A stretch of DNA of 63,697 nucleotides, counting the filler, from Calcarisporiella thermophila CBS 279.70 (Eukaryota; Fungi; Calcarisporiellomycota): assembly GCF_041956535.1 (NCBI RefSeq). It is 5 parts of 5 records of this genome, joined end to end, with 100 filler letters (N's around TTAATTAATTAA, not from the genome) between each part and the next. Parts side by side here need not be neighbours in the genome. Positions count along the whole stretch, not along the records: positions 1 to 28,423 come from NW_027192194.1; positions 28,524 to 30,501 come from NW_027192220.1; positions 30,602 to 51,597 come from NW_027192204.1; 2 more parts are not named here. One strand, given 5' to 3'. Shown one piece after another: positions 24,668-37,231 of this stretch. Each line of letters begins with the position of its first letter. Position 1 is the first letter of the stretch. The notes under the pieces were generated by a model. That model ran no database searches and was not told the DNA's origin. It worked only from the letters and a program-made list of their open reading frames with translations. A program made the translations under genes and the position numbers.

Positions 24668-25713
24668 ATGAATTCCTCGGATGTGATCTCATCTGCAAGC
24701 GATAAAAGGCCAGAGCATCTTAGCCGTAATAACGACGATGGCGATGATGATTTCATCGGACACGACCAGGCCGATGAAGCGGTTCATGCCTATCCTTCAC
24801 GCTTCATCCTCGATTTGCGCGGCACTCGTTTTGAAATTGATCGTGATTTGCTCATGTCCTTGCCAGAAAGTATCATGGTGACTATGTTCCCAGAGGGTTT
24901 TGTCTTCGGTCGGCATCACCTGCTTGATGATGAAGTTGGGGATGGAGAAGAATCCACGTTCTCAGAGGAAGAGCAAGTCACCTACGTAGATTTTGACCCT
25001 GAATGCTTGGAATACATCCTAGATTTCTACCGAAAAGCACACGAAAATTCCATTCAGATGCATCAGCAAGAGCAGCTAGGAGTGGAGTCTGCTGCCTATC
25101 CTGGACCTTTTTTCGGACGCACTGCCATCATAATTCTTAGGGAAGAGCTCGAATTTTTCGCAATCCCTCCTCCTAAATCCTCCTCCTCTTCCTCTGGCTC
25201 CGCTGATGTACCCCTACCAGACTTTTTTAACGACATCACATCTCTTAAGCTCTTCTGTTCTCAACATTTGCTCAACCAACGATCCATTTTCGATGCTCTC
25301 CAGCGCAATGCAAACAAAGAGAATAGCACAGCGGAACGGCACCTTATTGACTTGCTGTGCATGTCGGGATTCAATAGAAACTCAGACTGGGGATACCGAA
25401 AGCTGGACACCGGCCGAACAACCCTATTAAGTTTAGCATTGACGTTTTTGAGGACGAATGGCGATCCTACCGAGGTGGCCGCATCCCAAAAACTACTGCT
25501 GTTCTGGAAAAAACCTGCGGTAAGATATAGAACAATAAGTTATATGGCGTAGATCTAGGATTTCAATGCTCACCTCTCTTTTCCCTTTCTCATTTTCCTC
25601 ACTAGCGTAAGGTGTGGTGGGAGGGCGTGGAGGTGCCTGCAGGTGAAAATCAGGACATTATGGTTCGGCTTTGGTGTCGGCGAACTTGGACGCTTGAATG
25701 CGGAATCATATAA
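24668..25713 (+). CDS. WHI2: Whi2-like BTB/POZ-fold protein (2 exons)
   Basis: LDLRGTRF..LMSLPES; VDFDPECLEYIL; ILREELEFF; KLLLFWKKPA-RKVWWEG..RLWCRRTWTLE after intron 25520-25605. Confidence 0.8.
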
Positions 25714-26219
25714 CGTGGAATAGCCTATTACTATGCCCCTATACATATCTGAAAGAGCTGCTTATTTTGTGTGTGATTTATCTGCTTTTGTGTTCCACTA
25801 GATTTCCTCTTTCTTTCAGCCTTATTCCTGAGTGACACTTTTGTATTATCTCTCTCTTTGTCCTCCATACACTGATTTTCCCACCCTTTTCATATTCCTA
25901 ATTAATGTTTTTTTTCAACTTAATTTTCTTACTATCAACCCTATTCTCTTTCTCATTAATCGCTTATATTTTTTTTCTGTACAGCTATACAAGAGAAACT
26001 TTTATAATTGTTTTCATTCTTTGCTTTTTATAATAAAATAAAATATATCTTTATATTATCCATCGAATGGGAGAAACAATAGGCTGCAAAAGAGCTAAAT
26101 ATAAAAAGATAGACTTTCTCTATTATACAATGGAACAAGCCAGGGGTTCAACAAAAAGCGTCCATAAAAAAAATGTACAATGAAAATAAAAAATCAAAAT
26201 GTGAAATACGAAGATGACA

Positions 26220-27990
26220 TCAGCAACGACGATAGAAGAGCATATACGGCGTACGTCCTTCATACCCACCTCTTGTCCCACTCCTAGTCGCAACATAGGG
26301 TGTAGCGGGAGCCATCAGTAACGATGCGGGGCATGCCACTCTCACCACAGCATCATCATATTCGCGCCATTCATTCCCCACTTTTACATAGGCAATGTAG
26401 TGGCCATGACCAACACTCTGACCCACATGCACTATCACTCCAAAGAGCTCGTAAAGGTCCTGCGAAGATGTGCCTACGGAATGGCTACACCATCTCCCGA
26501 GCCGTAAATACTCAGGGGTGGGCATCAGGGAGGTAAGCTTGTCGGAAGGTGATGCAAACCGCTGCAGGTGGAAGCAGAGGACTGGGGGAAGCTTTGTTAT
26601 GCGAAGGTACCGATTCGCCTCTGTCTTCGTCTGACAGGAATCACAGTAGTACTATATAGAAAGATATCAAATTTAGCGACAAGATACGAGTGATCAATAC
26701 AGTCCAGTAGAGACGGCCATTTTAACAAGGCTGAGAGAGCAAGCGATTACCTTATTCTCGCCACTTAGTTTCTCGGTTGCGGTCCATTGATCGAGAGACC
26801 AACTAAGCGAGTTGCCCTCGCGCACAGGCACACTTAGGTCGATAAACTCCTCCTCTCTCTGCTTTGTCGTTTTACACTCTAAACAGTCCACATACTGTGT
26901 TGCCATCCCTAAAAAAACTTGGCGCGCGCGAGCGCAACCCGTCTCATCGGCAAAATGATTAATAAGAAACGAGATGAACTCGTGCACATCTTGCTGTCGA
27001 CTGTTGGAAAAAAGAGAGGAGGATTTTCTCACTGCATTGACAAATGCAGTTGGACTAATGGGTCCAGAGATTTTGCCATTAGAGGACATTGAATCGGAAG
27101 AGAGGACCGCAAGTTCTTCGGAAAGTTTGACAAATTCTTTTAGAAGCACCATAGAACAATCTTCGACGACATCTTCAGAAGGGGGTGTAGCTATTGCACA
27201 CATCTCCTGAAGTGCACTCATCAAAGGTTGGCAATTCCGGAGCACTTGCAGTGCTGAATTGATGTAGCTGCCGTTAACATTTAAATTAGTCAATATAATT
27301 TAAAAAGAATTTAATTGAGCAAAAAAAAATTACCAAGTGTTTGCAAGATTCATTAACCCATCACCTCTGCGACGCCTTTTTCTTGGCTCTTCAGCTTCCA
27401 AAGTTGAACGACTTCCTTGTTGCAGTAGTCCAGGCATTTGCTTTTTAACCAGTGTAGTTTGAGAGGATGAAAGTGTACGTTGATCGAGATCTGAGGTATT
27501 GTTCGATGCGCCATTTAGCTTCTCTTGTGGAAACACTTCCTCTTCGGCGGAGAGAGATCGAGATTTCGGTACATCAGCGGATAAAAACCTCTTGATCCCC
27601 ACAGTCTTTCCACTAAGAAAAGGTTCCTCATCCTCACATTCAATTGGCTTTTGCAACAAAGTGTTGGATTTAGCTTGTTTCTCGTAGGTGCGAGACGGTA
27701 ACCTTGTTAACTCGTTAGAACATGTATTTTCTTTGCCATGGTATGGTATGGTGGGATTGGATTTGTGTCGAAGCAGTCGCCTCTCCTTCTTTACTGAAGG
27801 ACATACGACTGTGCTAGAATGATTGTGCTCCAATTCTTGCAAAGCTCGCGGAGAGGCAGGGGGTGAAGGCGGGGTTGCGGCCCGGTTCCTGGATCGGTAG
27901 GTATAGTAAATGGTAGTCTAAAAATAAAAATATATAGTAAGCTTAGTAATCAGATGAGAAAGTAGCAGCTAATGCGCCCATTCATACCAT
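26220..27990 (-). CDS. Ubiquitin-specific protease (peptidase C19), multi-exon
   Basis: Cys box GLMNLANT-C-YINSALQ (Cys codon split by an intron); QQDVHEF; CLEC and YCDSC zinc pairs; His box GHGHYIAYVK..EYDD; PYMLFYRR. Confidence 0.9.
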
Positions 27991-28423
27991 TCTGCAATGA
28001 TTCGCGTCGAATAATAATGAAAATATAGAATGCGATTAAAAAAAGAAATTATTAAACCACGCTTTTTCAGAAACTGAAGAAAAAAATTGTTTTGCGCGGA
28101 CGCGTTCGCGTTTTTCGCGTTTTCATCTTAAAAATAGACTTCCCATTGGTTGCAACGATCCAATTCTAATTCTGAAATGATCAAGTTCTCCGAGCCACAT
28201 CTAGCAAGGCAAACAGAAAATTCTAGCCCTAAACGTTAACCCTTTTTTTTATACAAATCTTAACTCCTAACATCTCTTATAAAATTAGTCATGCCATCTA
28301 TCACGGCAACAATAATTGGGATCGTCAATTCATCTAGGCCCTTAAAGCTAAAAACATCTATTCTACGAGAGAGAAAACTGCATGAAAGAGATAAAATAGG
28401 AGAACATGAGGCAGCTAACGCGG

Positions 28424-28523
28424 NNNNNNNNNNNNNNNNNNNNNNNNNNNNNNNNNNNNNNNNNNNNTTAATTAATTAANNNNNNNNNNNNNNNNNNNNN
28501 NNNNNNNNNNNNNNNNNNNNNNN
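28424..28523. other. Artificial contig spacer
   Basis: N44-TTAATTAATTAA-N44, with stops in all six frames. Confidence 0.98.
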
Positions 28524-30501
28524 GGGCGATCTCGATCTCGCCTTGTGGTTCCTCGTAAGTTTGACGAGCGAGATCTTCCTCACCTGGTGTAGGAAGAGCC
28601 AGCCGGTCGAGTTTACCATTATGATTCAATGGAAACTTATCCATGCGCACAAACGCGCTTGGCACCATGTATTCTGGTAACTTCGTTATAAGGTGTGAGC
28701 GAAGACTCAACGCAAAATGCGCTATGTAGTGTCCCATTACAGATAATACAGGTTAGCATCGAAGAGACCCAATCCGAATTCTGCATTTGAAAAACTTCGT
28801 CCTCACTTACATCTTCCTTCATCAGCATATTCCTCGTTCTGCTCATCTGACTTAGCTACCACATAGGCAACAAGCCTCTTGCTGGCCCCATCTCCTACAG
28901 TAACCACAACAGCTTCGCTTACAAGCGGGTGCTCGACTAGACGTGCCTCTATCTCGCCAAGCTCAATTCGGAAACCACGAATCTTGACTTGATAATCGTT
29001 GCGGCCAAGATACACCAGGTTGCCATCAGGAAGGTATCGCACCAGATCACCCGTCTTATACATTCGTGCCTTAGCGACTCCAGCAAAGGGATCTGGGAGG
29101 AATCTCTCGGCTGTCAGCTCTGGTCTGTTCAAATAGCCTCGTGCCACACTAGCTCCTCCAATATAAAGCTCGCCCACAGCTCCTAGAGGCAAGGGCAGGC
29201 CCTTCCCGTCTAATACATATGTTCGGAGATCCGGAATCCGAACACCGATTATGCTGTTGGATTGGTCAAAGTCATCCAGCTTTATTGGACGATATGTTGC
29301 ATGTAGAGTTTCCGTTGGACCATACATGTTTACGATCTGAGGGCTATCCTCGACTCGTGACACATACCATGGTCGAAGCATGGCGGGAACAAGAGCTTCA
29401 CCCGCAAGGATTACATAGCGCAATTGCTCACATAGTCCACCTTCCGCTTGAATGTCAACGATCGGCTTGAAAGTACTTGGGGTTAGATTAAGGACACTCA
29501 CGCCTTGTTCACAAACCAAACGGTATAACTCTTGAGGTGAACGCACAACTTCCTGCGAGACAATCACCAGCTTGCCACCGTTACGAAGCGCACCCCACAT
29601 CTCCCAAACCGAAACGTCAAAGCCGTAGGAGTGAATAAGACACCAAGTGTCAAGCTCATTGAACTTGAACCAGTTCTCTGTAGCGCTAAACAGACGAGTG
29701 ACCTGTGCATGCTCGAGCATCACTCCTTTTGGCTTGCCGGTGGATCCAGAGGTGTAGATAATGTAGGCAAGATGATTCGTACGCAAACTGGGGACATGAG
29801 GGTTGACGATGGAGCCTTCAAGGTGTAAGTTTGGATCCACAGCAGTTCGTGACGACAAGGCTGTCTCACCAAGTACACTCTTTCCGTACGTATCGGCCAA
29901 TACAATCGAAGGCGATGCATCTGTAAGAATGGTGAGAAGACGTTCACTCGCATGCACAGGGTCAAGAGGCACGTAGGCACCCCCACTCTTCAGAATTGCC
30001 AATATTCCAATGATCAGTCCAAGCGAACGCTCGACACAAATTCCTACGGGAGCGTCAGGCTGAACACCGAGCTTGATGAGATGATGTGCTAGGCGATTGG
30101 CGCATGCATTCAGTTCGGAATAGGTCAGGGACTGATCCTCGTGCACGACAGCAATGGCATCGGGCGTGCGTGCGACTTGCTGCTCAAAGAGGTGGTGGAG
30201 GCACAGGTCAGCTGGATAGTCCTCCTGAGTCGTATTCCATGTATGCAGAAGTAGTGTACGCTCAGTGGGTGACAAGAGATCAGTGGCACTGATGAGCTGA
30301 TCCACATCAGCTGTCATTGCCCGTAACATGGTAGTCAAATAACCGACATGCCTTTCGATTGTTGAGCGATCAAACAGAGACGTGGCATAGCGTAGGCTTC
30401 CGACAATACCTCCTTCCGACTCATAAAGCATGAGTTCAAGATCGAACCTGGCCACCTCGTAGTCCTTCACAAAATGCGCAGATTGTACACTTAGATCCTT
30501 C
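28524..30501 (-). CDS. NRPS fragment: end of condensation domain, full adenylation domain, start of T-domain linker; truncated at both ends; one intron
   Basis: [85 protein letters not shown]; intron 28722-28810. Confidence 0.95.
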
Positions 30502-30601
30502 NNNNNNNNNNNNNNNNNNNNNNNNNNNNNNNNNNNNNNNNNNNNTTAATTAATTAANNNNNNNNNNNNNNNNNNNNNNNNNNNNNNNNNNNNNNNNNNN
30601 N
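30502..30601. other. Artificial contig spacer
   Basis: N44-TTAATTAATTAA-N44. Confidence 0.98.
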
Positions 30602-31167
30602 AACGTAATATTGATTTCGGCCGTGGAGCTGGGCCAAGTCAAACTGAACGATGATTTTTTAGGGCCAGATTTACTTAACCTAATTCTCTACTTCGAAATT
30701 GAATTATCTCAAACACCAATATCATGGCGTTAATTACTCGCAACTAGAGGTTTACAGCCAGTTATTTAATATCACGTGAAAAACCACTATCCAATTTTAC
30801 AAATTTATCAGTCTTACATCCCTGATTTGATCAAATTTCACTATGATTTATTGAGGTAAATCATTGTTTTATTTATACTTTCTAACAAATTTCGTTATGA
30901 TATTTTTTTGTAGGGTGAACTTGTAATGAAACAATTTGTATGCAAGATAACCTGACTATTCACTCATTTCACTTCCTCTTTTTAATATCGCGGATATTTC
31001 TATTGCAATCGAGTTATTCTTGTTTTCGGCTATAAAGAATAAATGGGAGAGAAGCAGTTGATCACATTGCTTCTTATACGGTACGGCTAGTATTATTTGA
31101 TTTACCATCACAAATCGTTACAAAAACGTTGTTTAGCAAAATATGATTTTAATAATACGTTTATATT

Positions 31168-31488
31168 TTAATTGTATTGCAACCAGTTTTTACAATTATT
31201 TAGATCCCTAGTTAATTCACCTAAAATACCGTCAACGGACGACTTATTACTATATTGATCATAATCACAAATTATTTTGCTAGCATCTCTCAATGTGATT
31301 AAGAAAAAGTGCAAACATTTCCAACTACTAGCTGATATATTTTGAACTCTGGTAGCGCTTATATCATCTAAAAATAGAATGGAGTTACCAATGCTATTTG
31401 AAACTAATTCGCAGGGAGTTGGGGCATCAGCATAGCAAATATTTACTATCCATAAAACCCCAAATAAAAATAAAAATAGCCGTATCAT
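31168..31488 (-). CDS. Small putatively secreted hypothetical protein
   Basis: MIRLFLFLFGVLWIVNICYA signal-like N-terminus; 4 Cys in mature part; AT-rich context; may have further exons or be degenerate. Confidence 0.45.
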   Translation of the reverse strand: MIRLFLFLFGVLWIVNICYADAPTPCELVSNSIGNSILFLDDISATRVQNISASSWKCLHFFLITLRDASKIICDYDQYSNKSSVDGILGELTRDLNNCKNWLQYN

Positions 31489-32363
31489 CGTTTCTTTTTT
31501 GGCAGTAATATCAGATAAAAAGGGTGGATAGCCAGGTGAGAGTTGATCAGGTACTAATATTTTCAATAAAATGGACTATTCTCTTTTAAAAATAAACAAT
31601 TTAAAGGCTTATTTATACACTCAAATATAACTGAATTACGTAAAATAAAGTATATCTGGCGTTACTGAGACAATGATCTGTATATATCCTAATTCTGCCA
31701 ATTAAAATATTATACTAAAAGAGTTAATTTCGTAAATAGGCAATTTCTCTAATTTTGTGGCTTAGATAATCTAGTGATGTTGTTACATATGTTACTTTCA
31801 GATCTTCTTAATCTCTGTCTACGTAGCTACGTCATCATTTATTGGATATATATACGTACATTTGAGATTGTAATAAATTAATAAGGAGTTAAATCTTTCT
31901 CTCCAACTAAAAACCCCCGTCACAGATGTCACCGAGCTATCACAACTTATATGAACTATCTAAAACTAAACAAATATAACACACTACAGCTATCAGAATT
32001 AACTTAATTACAGTAGAAAATTCCATCAATTATATTGTCAAGCATTAATTTACAGTACATTATATTGAATCATCCAAGTAACTACCAGGGAATATATATC
32101 TAGGGTCAGAGGAACTATTATTTTGTTTCAGATAGAACACCCTGTTTTCTTAGAGTAGTTAAAAAAAATTCCAACTGGTTAGGTATCGAATTTTGACATT
32201 TTTTTCGATTAATTTTAAATACTTCCGATTAGTTTTTGTTCAATATTTTATAGTAATAAATTGAAAAATAACGAAAACAATATATTAGGCGTCCACTTGG
32301 ACTCTAATAAGAGGATAGCTTATGGGTGGACTGAATAGGTTATTTCACCATAGGAACTTCAAC

Positions 32364-34535
32364 TTAGTCACGTCTTTCGAAACGAATGTTAAGATCTTTT
32401 ATACGAAACAATCCGAGGGGATCGGTCACTTGTAGTCCATTAGAATGAGATGAATTATCTGGCAGTGTCCATTTGTAGTTGCGAACTATTATTTTTTTTT
32501 CAAAACGTTATAGAAAATACAATACTGTAGTTGTAATCAAGTAGAAAACACTTACGAAGCATGGAAAGCACTACTCGCTGCTCAGTCAGCGAAAATTGCA
32601 TACCTAACTAAATTATGTTTCGTCGAGGATAGTTATTATATTGGAACACTTCGTTGATAATAATTAAAAGCTTACGCAAATACGCGGACCTCCTCCAAAT
32701 GGCATCCATGCATCCCGAGGCGGATGATTTTCAGAGAGAAATCTATCGGGCCAAAATTTCTCTGGGTCCTGCCAGTATTTTGTTGAATTATGCAATGTGT
32801 AAACATCGGCAATTATATAGGTGCCTTTTGGTAACATGACACCGCCTATTTCAACTGAGTTCTCTACGACTCTAGGTCCAATACCGGGCGCGGGAGGATA
32901 TATGCGAAGTGACTTTAAAATATAAAGTTTACAATAAGGTAAATGAAAATAAACCTAGCATTTATAATTACCTCCTTTATAATGCAATCAATATATTTCA
33001 TACTCCTGCAACTCTCAACACTTGGTATTTGCATGCGATCAGAATTCGCAAGAATACGATCAACTTCTTGGCGAGCAATCTCTTGAATTTCTGGGTGCAG
33101 TGCAAGGAAATAGATAGATACGGAGAGCGCTCTTTTAAAAATATAAAAAAAATCATTAATATATCAAAATGATGTGAATTAGCAGATATTTACGCTTGGG
33201 TAGTTTCGTGGCCAGCAAAAAAGAAAACCATCAAATTATTCTACAGAGAAATTATACAATTTTCACTTTTCTCTTTATTATTAGATTATACTTTTTAGTA
33301 AATAAAATGGGTATACCTTAATTTCCGTTGCGGTCCAATTCCTTTCCACATCTGCTATTGATGCGTCTATCATTAAGTCCAAAAGATTTTTGTGCTGCAC
33401 ATTTATATTCTCGTCTAAGCCTTGGTGAATCTCTTTCTTCCTATTCTCAATTATTCCTAGAAATAGCTAAAAAAAAAAAAAGAAATTAATTGAATAGAAT
33501 ATTCGTATAACTTAAAGAATATACGAACTTTGTTCAATTCGTCGAGAGATTGCGACGATTGCCTATCGAACAGGGCAATAAGAGGTTCAGCGCTCGGAAA
33601 GAGCAGACGAAACGGGTTGGTCATGCCTTTTAATGCCCCATCGTACTTTTTACAGTATTCGTTATATGGATCTTGTAGTGCATTGAAATTAAAATTGAAA
33701 AGTCCTCTCCCGAGAGCATCCAGGGTTAGCCTACGCATTACCAGCGGGATTTCTACGTCGACTCCTTGTGAGATAGCAAGGTTTATATATTCAAATAGTT
33801 CATGAGCACATTCTCCAAAGCATTGCGTAGGAATAGTGTGTCGAAAAGCAGGGTCGAGTATCTATAATAGTTGAATTATTTAGAAACACCTGATAGGTTT
33901 TGGAAAAGGGAAACATATATATACTTTTCTATGGTGTCTCCATTCCTGTATTTATAGAAATATCAGTAGAGCTGACGATAAAATTAGAAAGGAGCTATAA
34001 AAGAATTGTACATACCTCACCATTGCTATTAGCTACGTTTTCTTTGCCGAAAAAATTAATAAGAAACTGACTCTGCTTAGGTGTAGTAACTTTCGGAATG
34101 TCCGCTAAGAAACAAAAATTTAATATACTCTGCGTTATTAGCTAGCAAGAAAGTAATCCTTACATGTGTGAGACAAAAAATATTTGATGTCTGAAGGATC
34201 GCTCAAGAATACGCCCCATCTTCCAAGAAACCATACCTACACAGATGTAGCATGTGAGTTAACCATTCGTTGAAAGTAGCACACAAGTATATAATTACAG
34301 ATGCCATGCCCTTTTTCTCAATGATAGGCCATATAATTTTTTTACAGCTTTCTTCGAAAGGATTGCCTTTTAGTATCGACAATAAGAAAGAGAGGGTTGG
34401 AACCTTTGGAATGCCGCGAAGATGAGAGGATGGGATGAAGATGTGTGTAATGGCTCGACATCCCACGATGCCAAGTATGGCAGCGATGCTGAGTGCGGCT
34501 TTCCACAAATATCTAGATTTGAGACTGTCAATCAT
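32364..34535 (-). CDS. Microsomal cytochrome P450 (CYP509-like), many short exons
   Basis: N-terminal TM anchor; RRLTLDALG; I-helix FFAGHETT; KE-SLR (ExxR); heme motif WMPFGGGPRIC-LGMQFSLTEQRVVL; C-terminus YKWTLP..IRFERRD. Confidence 0.9.
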
Positions 34536-37231
34536 AATAATACGGTCGATCAATAGTAGCCGTTCAGGGCCGTTTTTATTAATACATAGATCGTACTTGG
34601 CGAGCTTGGCAAGATTTTTAGCCGGACCTATTCCGATAGCCGAAATTGACTTAGATCGGTTGACTCAGGGTCAGGGAATATCCACATATCTCCATCAGGC
34701 TGAATCACCGAAACTTTATCTACTTGAATTACCCGTAGCATATATGCAATGGAAATAAAATACTGTATGAATGTTTTTCTATCACTTCTGAGAGAAAAGA
34801 GTTATTATTTCACGAGAGTATTTACTGTATATGTTTAATGGATCGTTAAATAATGCCATTGCATTTCAATGGCATACATGACTAACCAAGCTAAATAGTA
34901 TACACTCGTATCTTCGCCTGGTATTATACTTGTTCTGGGGGTATGTACTCTCTTTTAAAATTTCCCTATTGAACACTTCGATGCTATCAGCGTCTTTAGC
35001 CACGAAATATTCGTAGACTATATATCACCATTCAAATCTGTGGGTAAATTAACAATACAAATAACAATACAATTCATCGTTTTCTTTTTGTTGAAATTGC
35101 ATTTCACCACCATACTTCGTGATTTCTTAAAGTGTAATGCTTATATATGCTTAAGCTATATTTTGGATATATGAAAAAAAGGAATAAGAAAATTTAATAA
35201 AGGAATATTAGGATGCAAAAATTATTGTAAGGGATACCTTATATAAAAATGCTAACTCACCTTGCAATTTTTCTTGCTTCCGCGCGGAGTAGGCATATTT
35301 CTCGAATGACGCTCCTGGCAGACAAGGAGATTGCTTATTATCCATTACTCTTGACCAATAAATAAAACTAATGTATTAGATAATTGCCTGCGTTTGTTTT
35401 ACACGTTCTCCAACCACTTGTAGAACACATAATTCTACTGAAGAATAGTAATATTAGAATAAAATATTCCTTTAATATTTGAAATTTTAATACCGTATAC
35501 TTATCCTTGAATATCCACTCACATGTATCCAAGAACCTTCTTATAACACCATTCGCTATCTTTTCAGTGCTTTCCATAATTTACTTTCTCTTTGAAATCG
35601 ACCGCCACTTCTTCCTCATACTATATCACTATCCAAGATTTTGGTCCAATTCGAACCAGACATTATCAAAAAGTCATCGAAATATTGGATATTACTTAGG
35701 CAGCATCTCATTCGCATGAAAGCTTGAAGCATATAATGCTATCCATATGTTAAAAAAACCGATTGCAATGAATTGAAGCTTTATTAGTAGAAAAAAAGTT
35801 TATATTTTTTGCTACGGTATACTTACTGCGATATGTGATTCGATTCGCATTTTCCTACTCTTAGATTCCTGGCCCTCTAAAGGTATCAACTGACATCATT
35901 CCTCCGAAATTGCTCAAGTTGCAAATGTATTTATAGCTCTAGTCCTATCTTTGCGGTTGTTGGTCTCAAGCCGTGAAGAGTTACATTTCTTGGAATCCGA
36001 AATTAGCGAGAATGTATAGTAGAGAATGCCTTATTTCGACAGGTTGAGTATCCCTAACTAGTGATATTTTATTCTGAAATCATTGTAGCTATAGACTCTT
36101 CAGGTTATATTTCTAAGGGAAAAGATTAGAGAGAAGATGAATAAAATAAAGGAAAATAAAAGATGTAGATGAGCAAAGAAGATATTCAAGAAATGGAGAG
36201 GCTCAAACTTGCAGACCCTTGGTTGAGCGACTTCTTCGCGTTAAGCCTTTGAATTTGGTGGATCATGCTCTTCTTGAATTTACGAATCAGCCTCTTCGAT
36301 TTAATTTATCCTATTCAATAACCTAAGTTAAATCTGGCCGTAGGTTTACTAAACGCATCGCCAAAATGTACTGTTATCAAGTAGTTTATATACTTGTGCA
36401 TTTTCTCGTCTCAAAGTGCCCCACCACTAACTAGCCTTCACGTTGATACTATGCCTCAAATTCATGTTTGCTCCTTCAGTTCTTTTTGGGCAAAACGGAT
36501 CATATTCAGAGGATGATGTCATGCAGACATTGAGAATGGTCAACCCCTTTCGGCGAGGACTCCGAGCATCTTCGATTCGTGCAACGGATTACGTCCATTT
36601 TTGTTTTTCTTTTCAACCGCACGGGAACCCTTAGCCAATTAGAACGCATTGCATCGACTAAAGTTTGCTCGATTATAACTCCCAGCCCTGCCTCTAAATT
36701 CTCTCGGCTCGTCCTCCGCATCATCTCTCTTGGATTGTTTGTTTCGATTAACGAAGCCAGACAGGCTGCTCCCACTGTAGAAAACGCGCTGATAATGCAA
36801 AATGATGCAGAATAAAGAAGTCTTTATTCTGAGGTCGTGCTTTCACTCTCCTTAATTTCGATGTCGGCTCCAAATTAGTTGATAATAGAGAGCTGGCATT
36901 CAGGATTTAAACACCGCAGTTTGCGTTATAGACTTGCACTATGGTCAGGATATTGGAGTCTCGCGAGAGACGCACGTATATCCAGAGGATTGGAGGTTAG
37001 AGTTTTGCAAAGCAAATGCGGAAATACAGTGCTTGGCACATTCTTCAATAGACAACATGTTACAAAGCCTCGAGTAAAGGTGGATTAATAATAGCTGAGA
37101 TATTACATCTTCAAATCAATCTAATCCTAGAAACAAATTACAAATCAACTAGTTGGCCAGTTGTGCTATATATTGATTCCTAGGTCAAGTCCACGCAGAT
37201 TCAAGCGGTTGCCTCTGTGGTATTGACCAAC

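Noticed and set aside
28468-28479. Palindromic TTAATTAATTAA within N runs, four times
   Set aside because: Artificial all-frame-stop contig linker, not biological
34800-36830. Exon-like fragments and short ORFs between the P450 and the DHA2 gene
   Set aside because: Interrupted by stops and no family recognisable; possibly a decayed gene but cannot be supported
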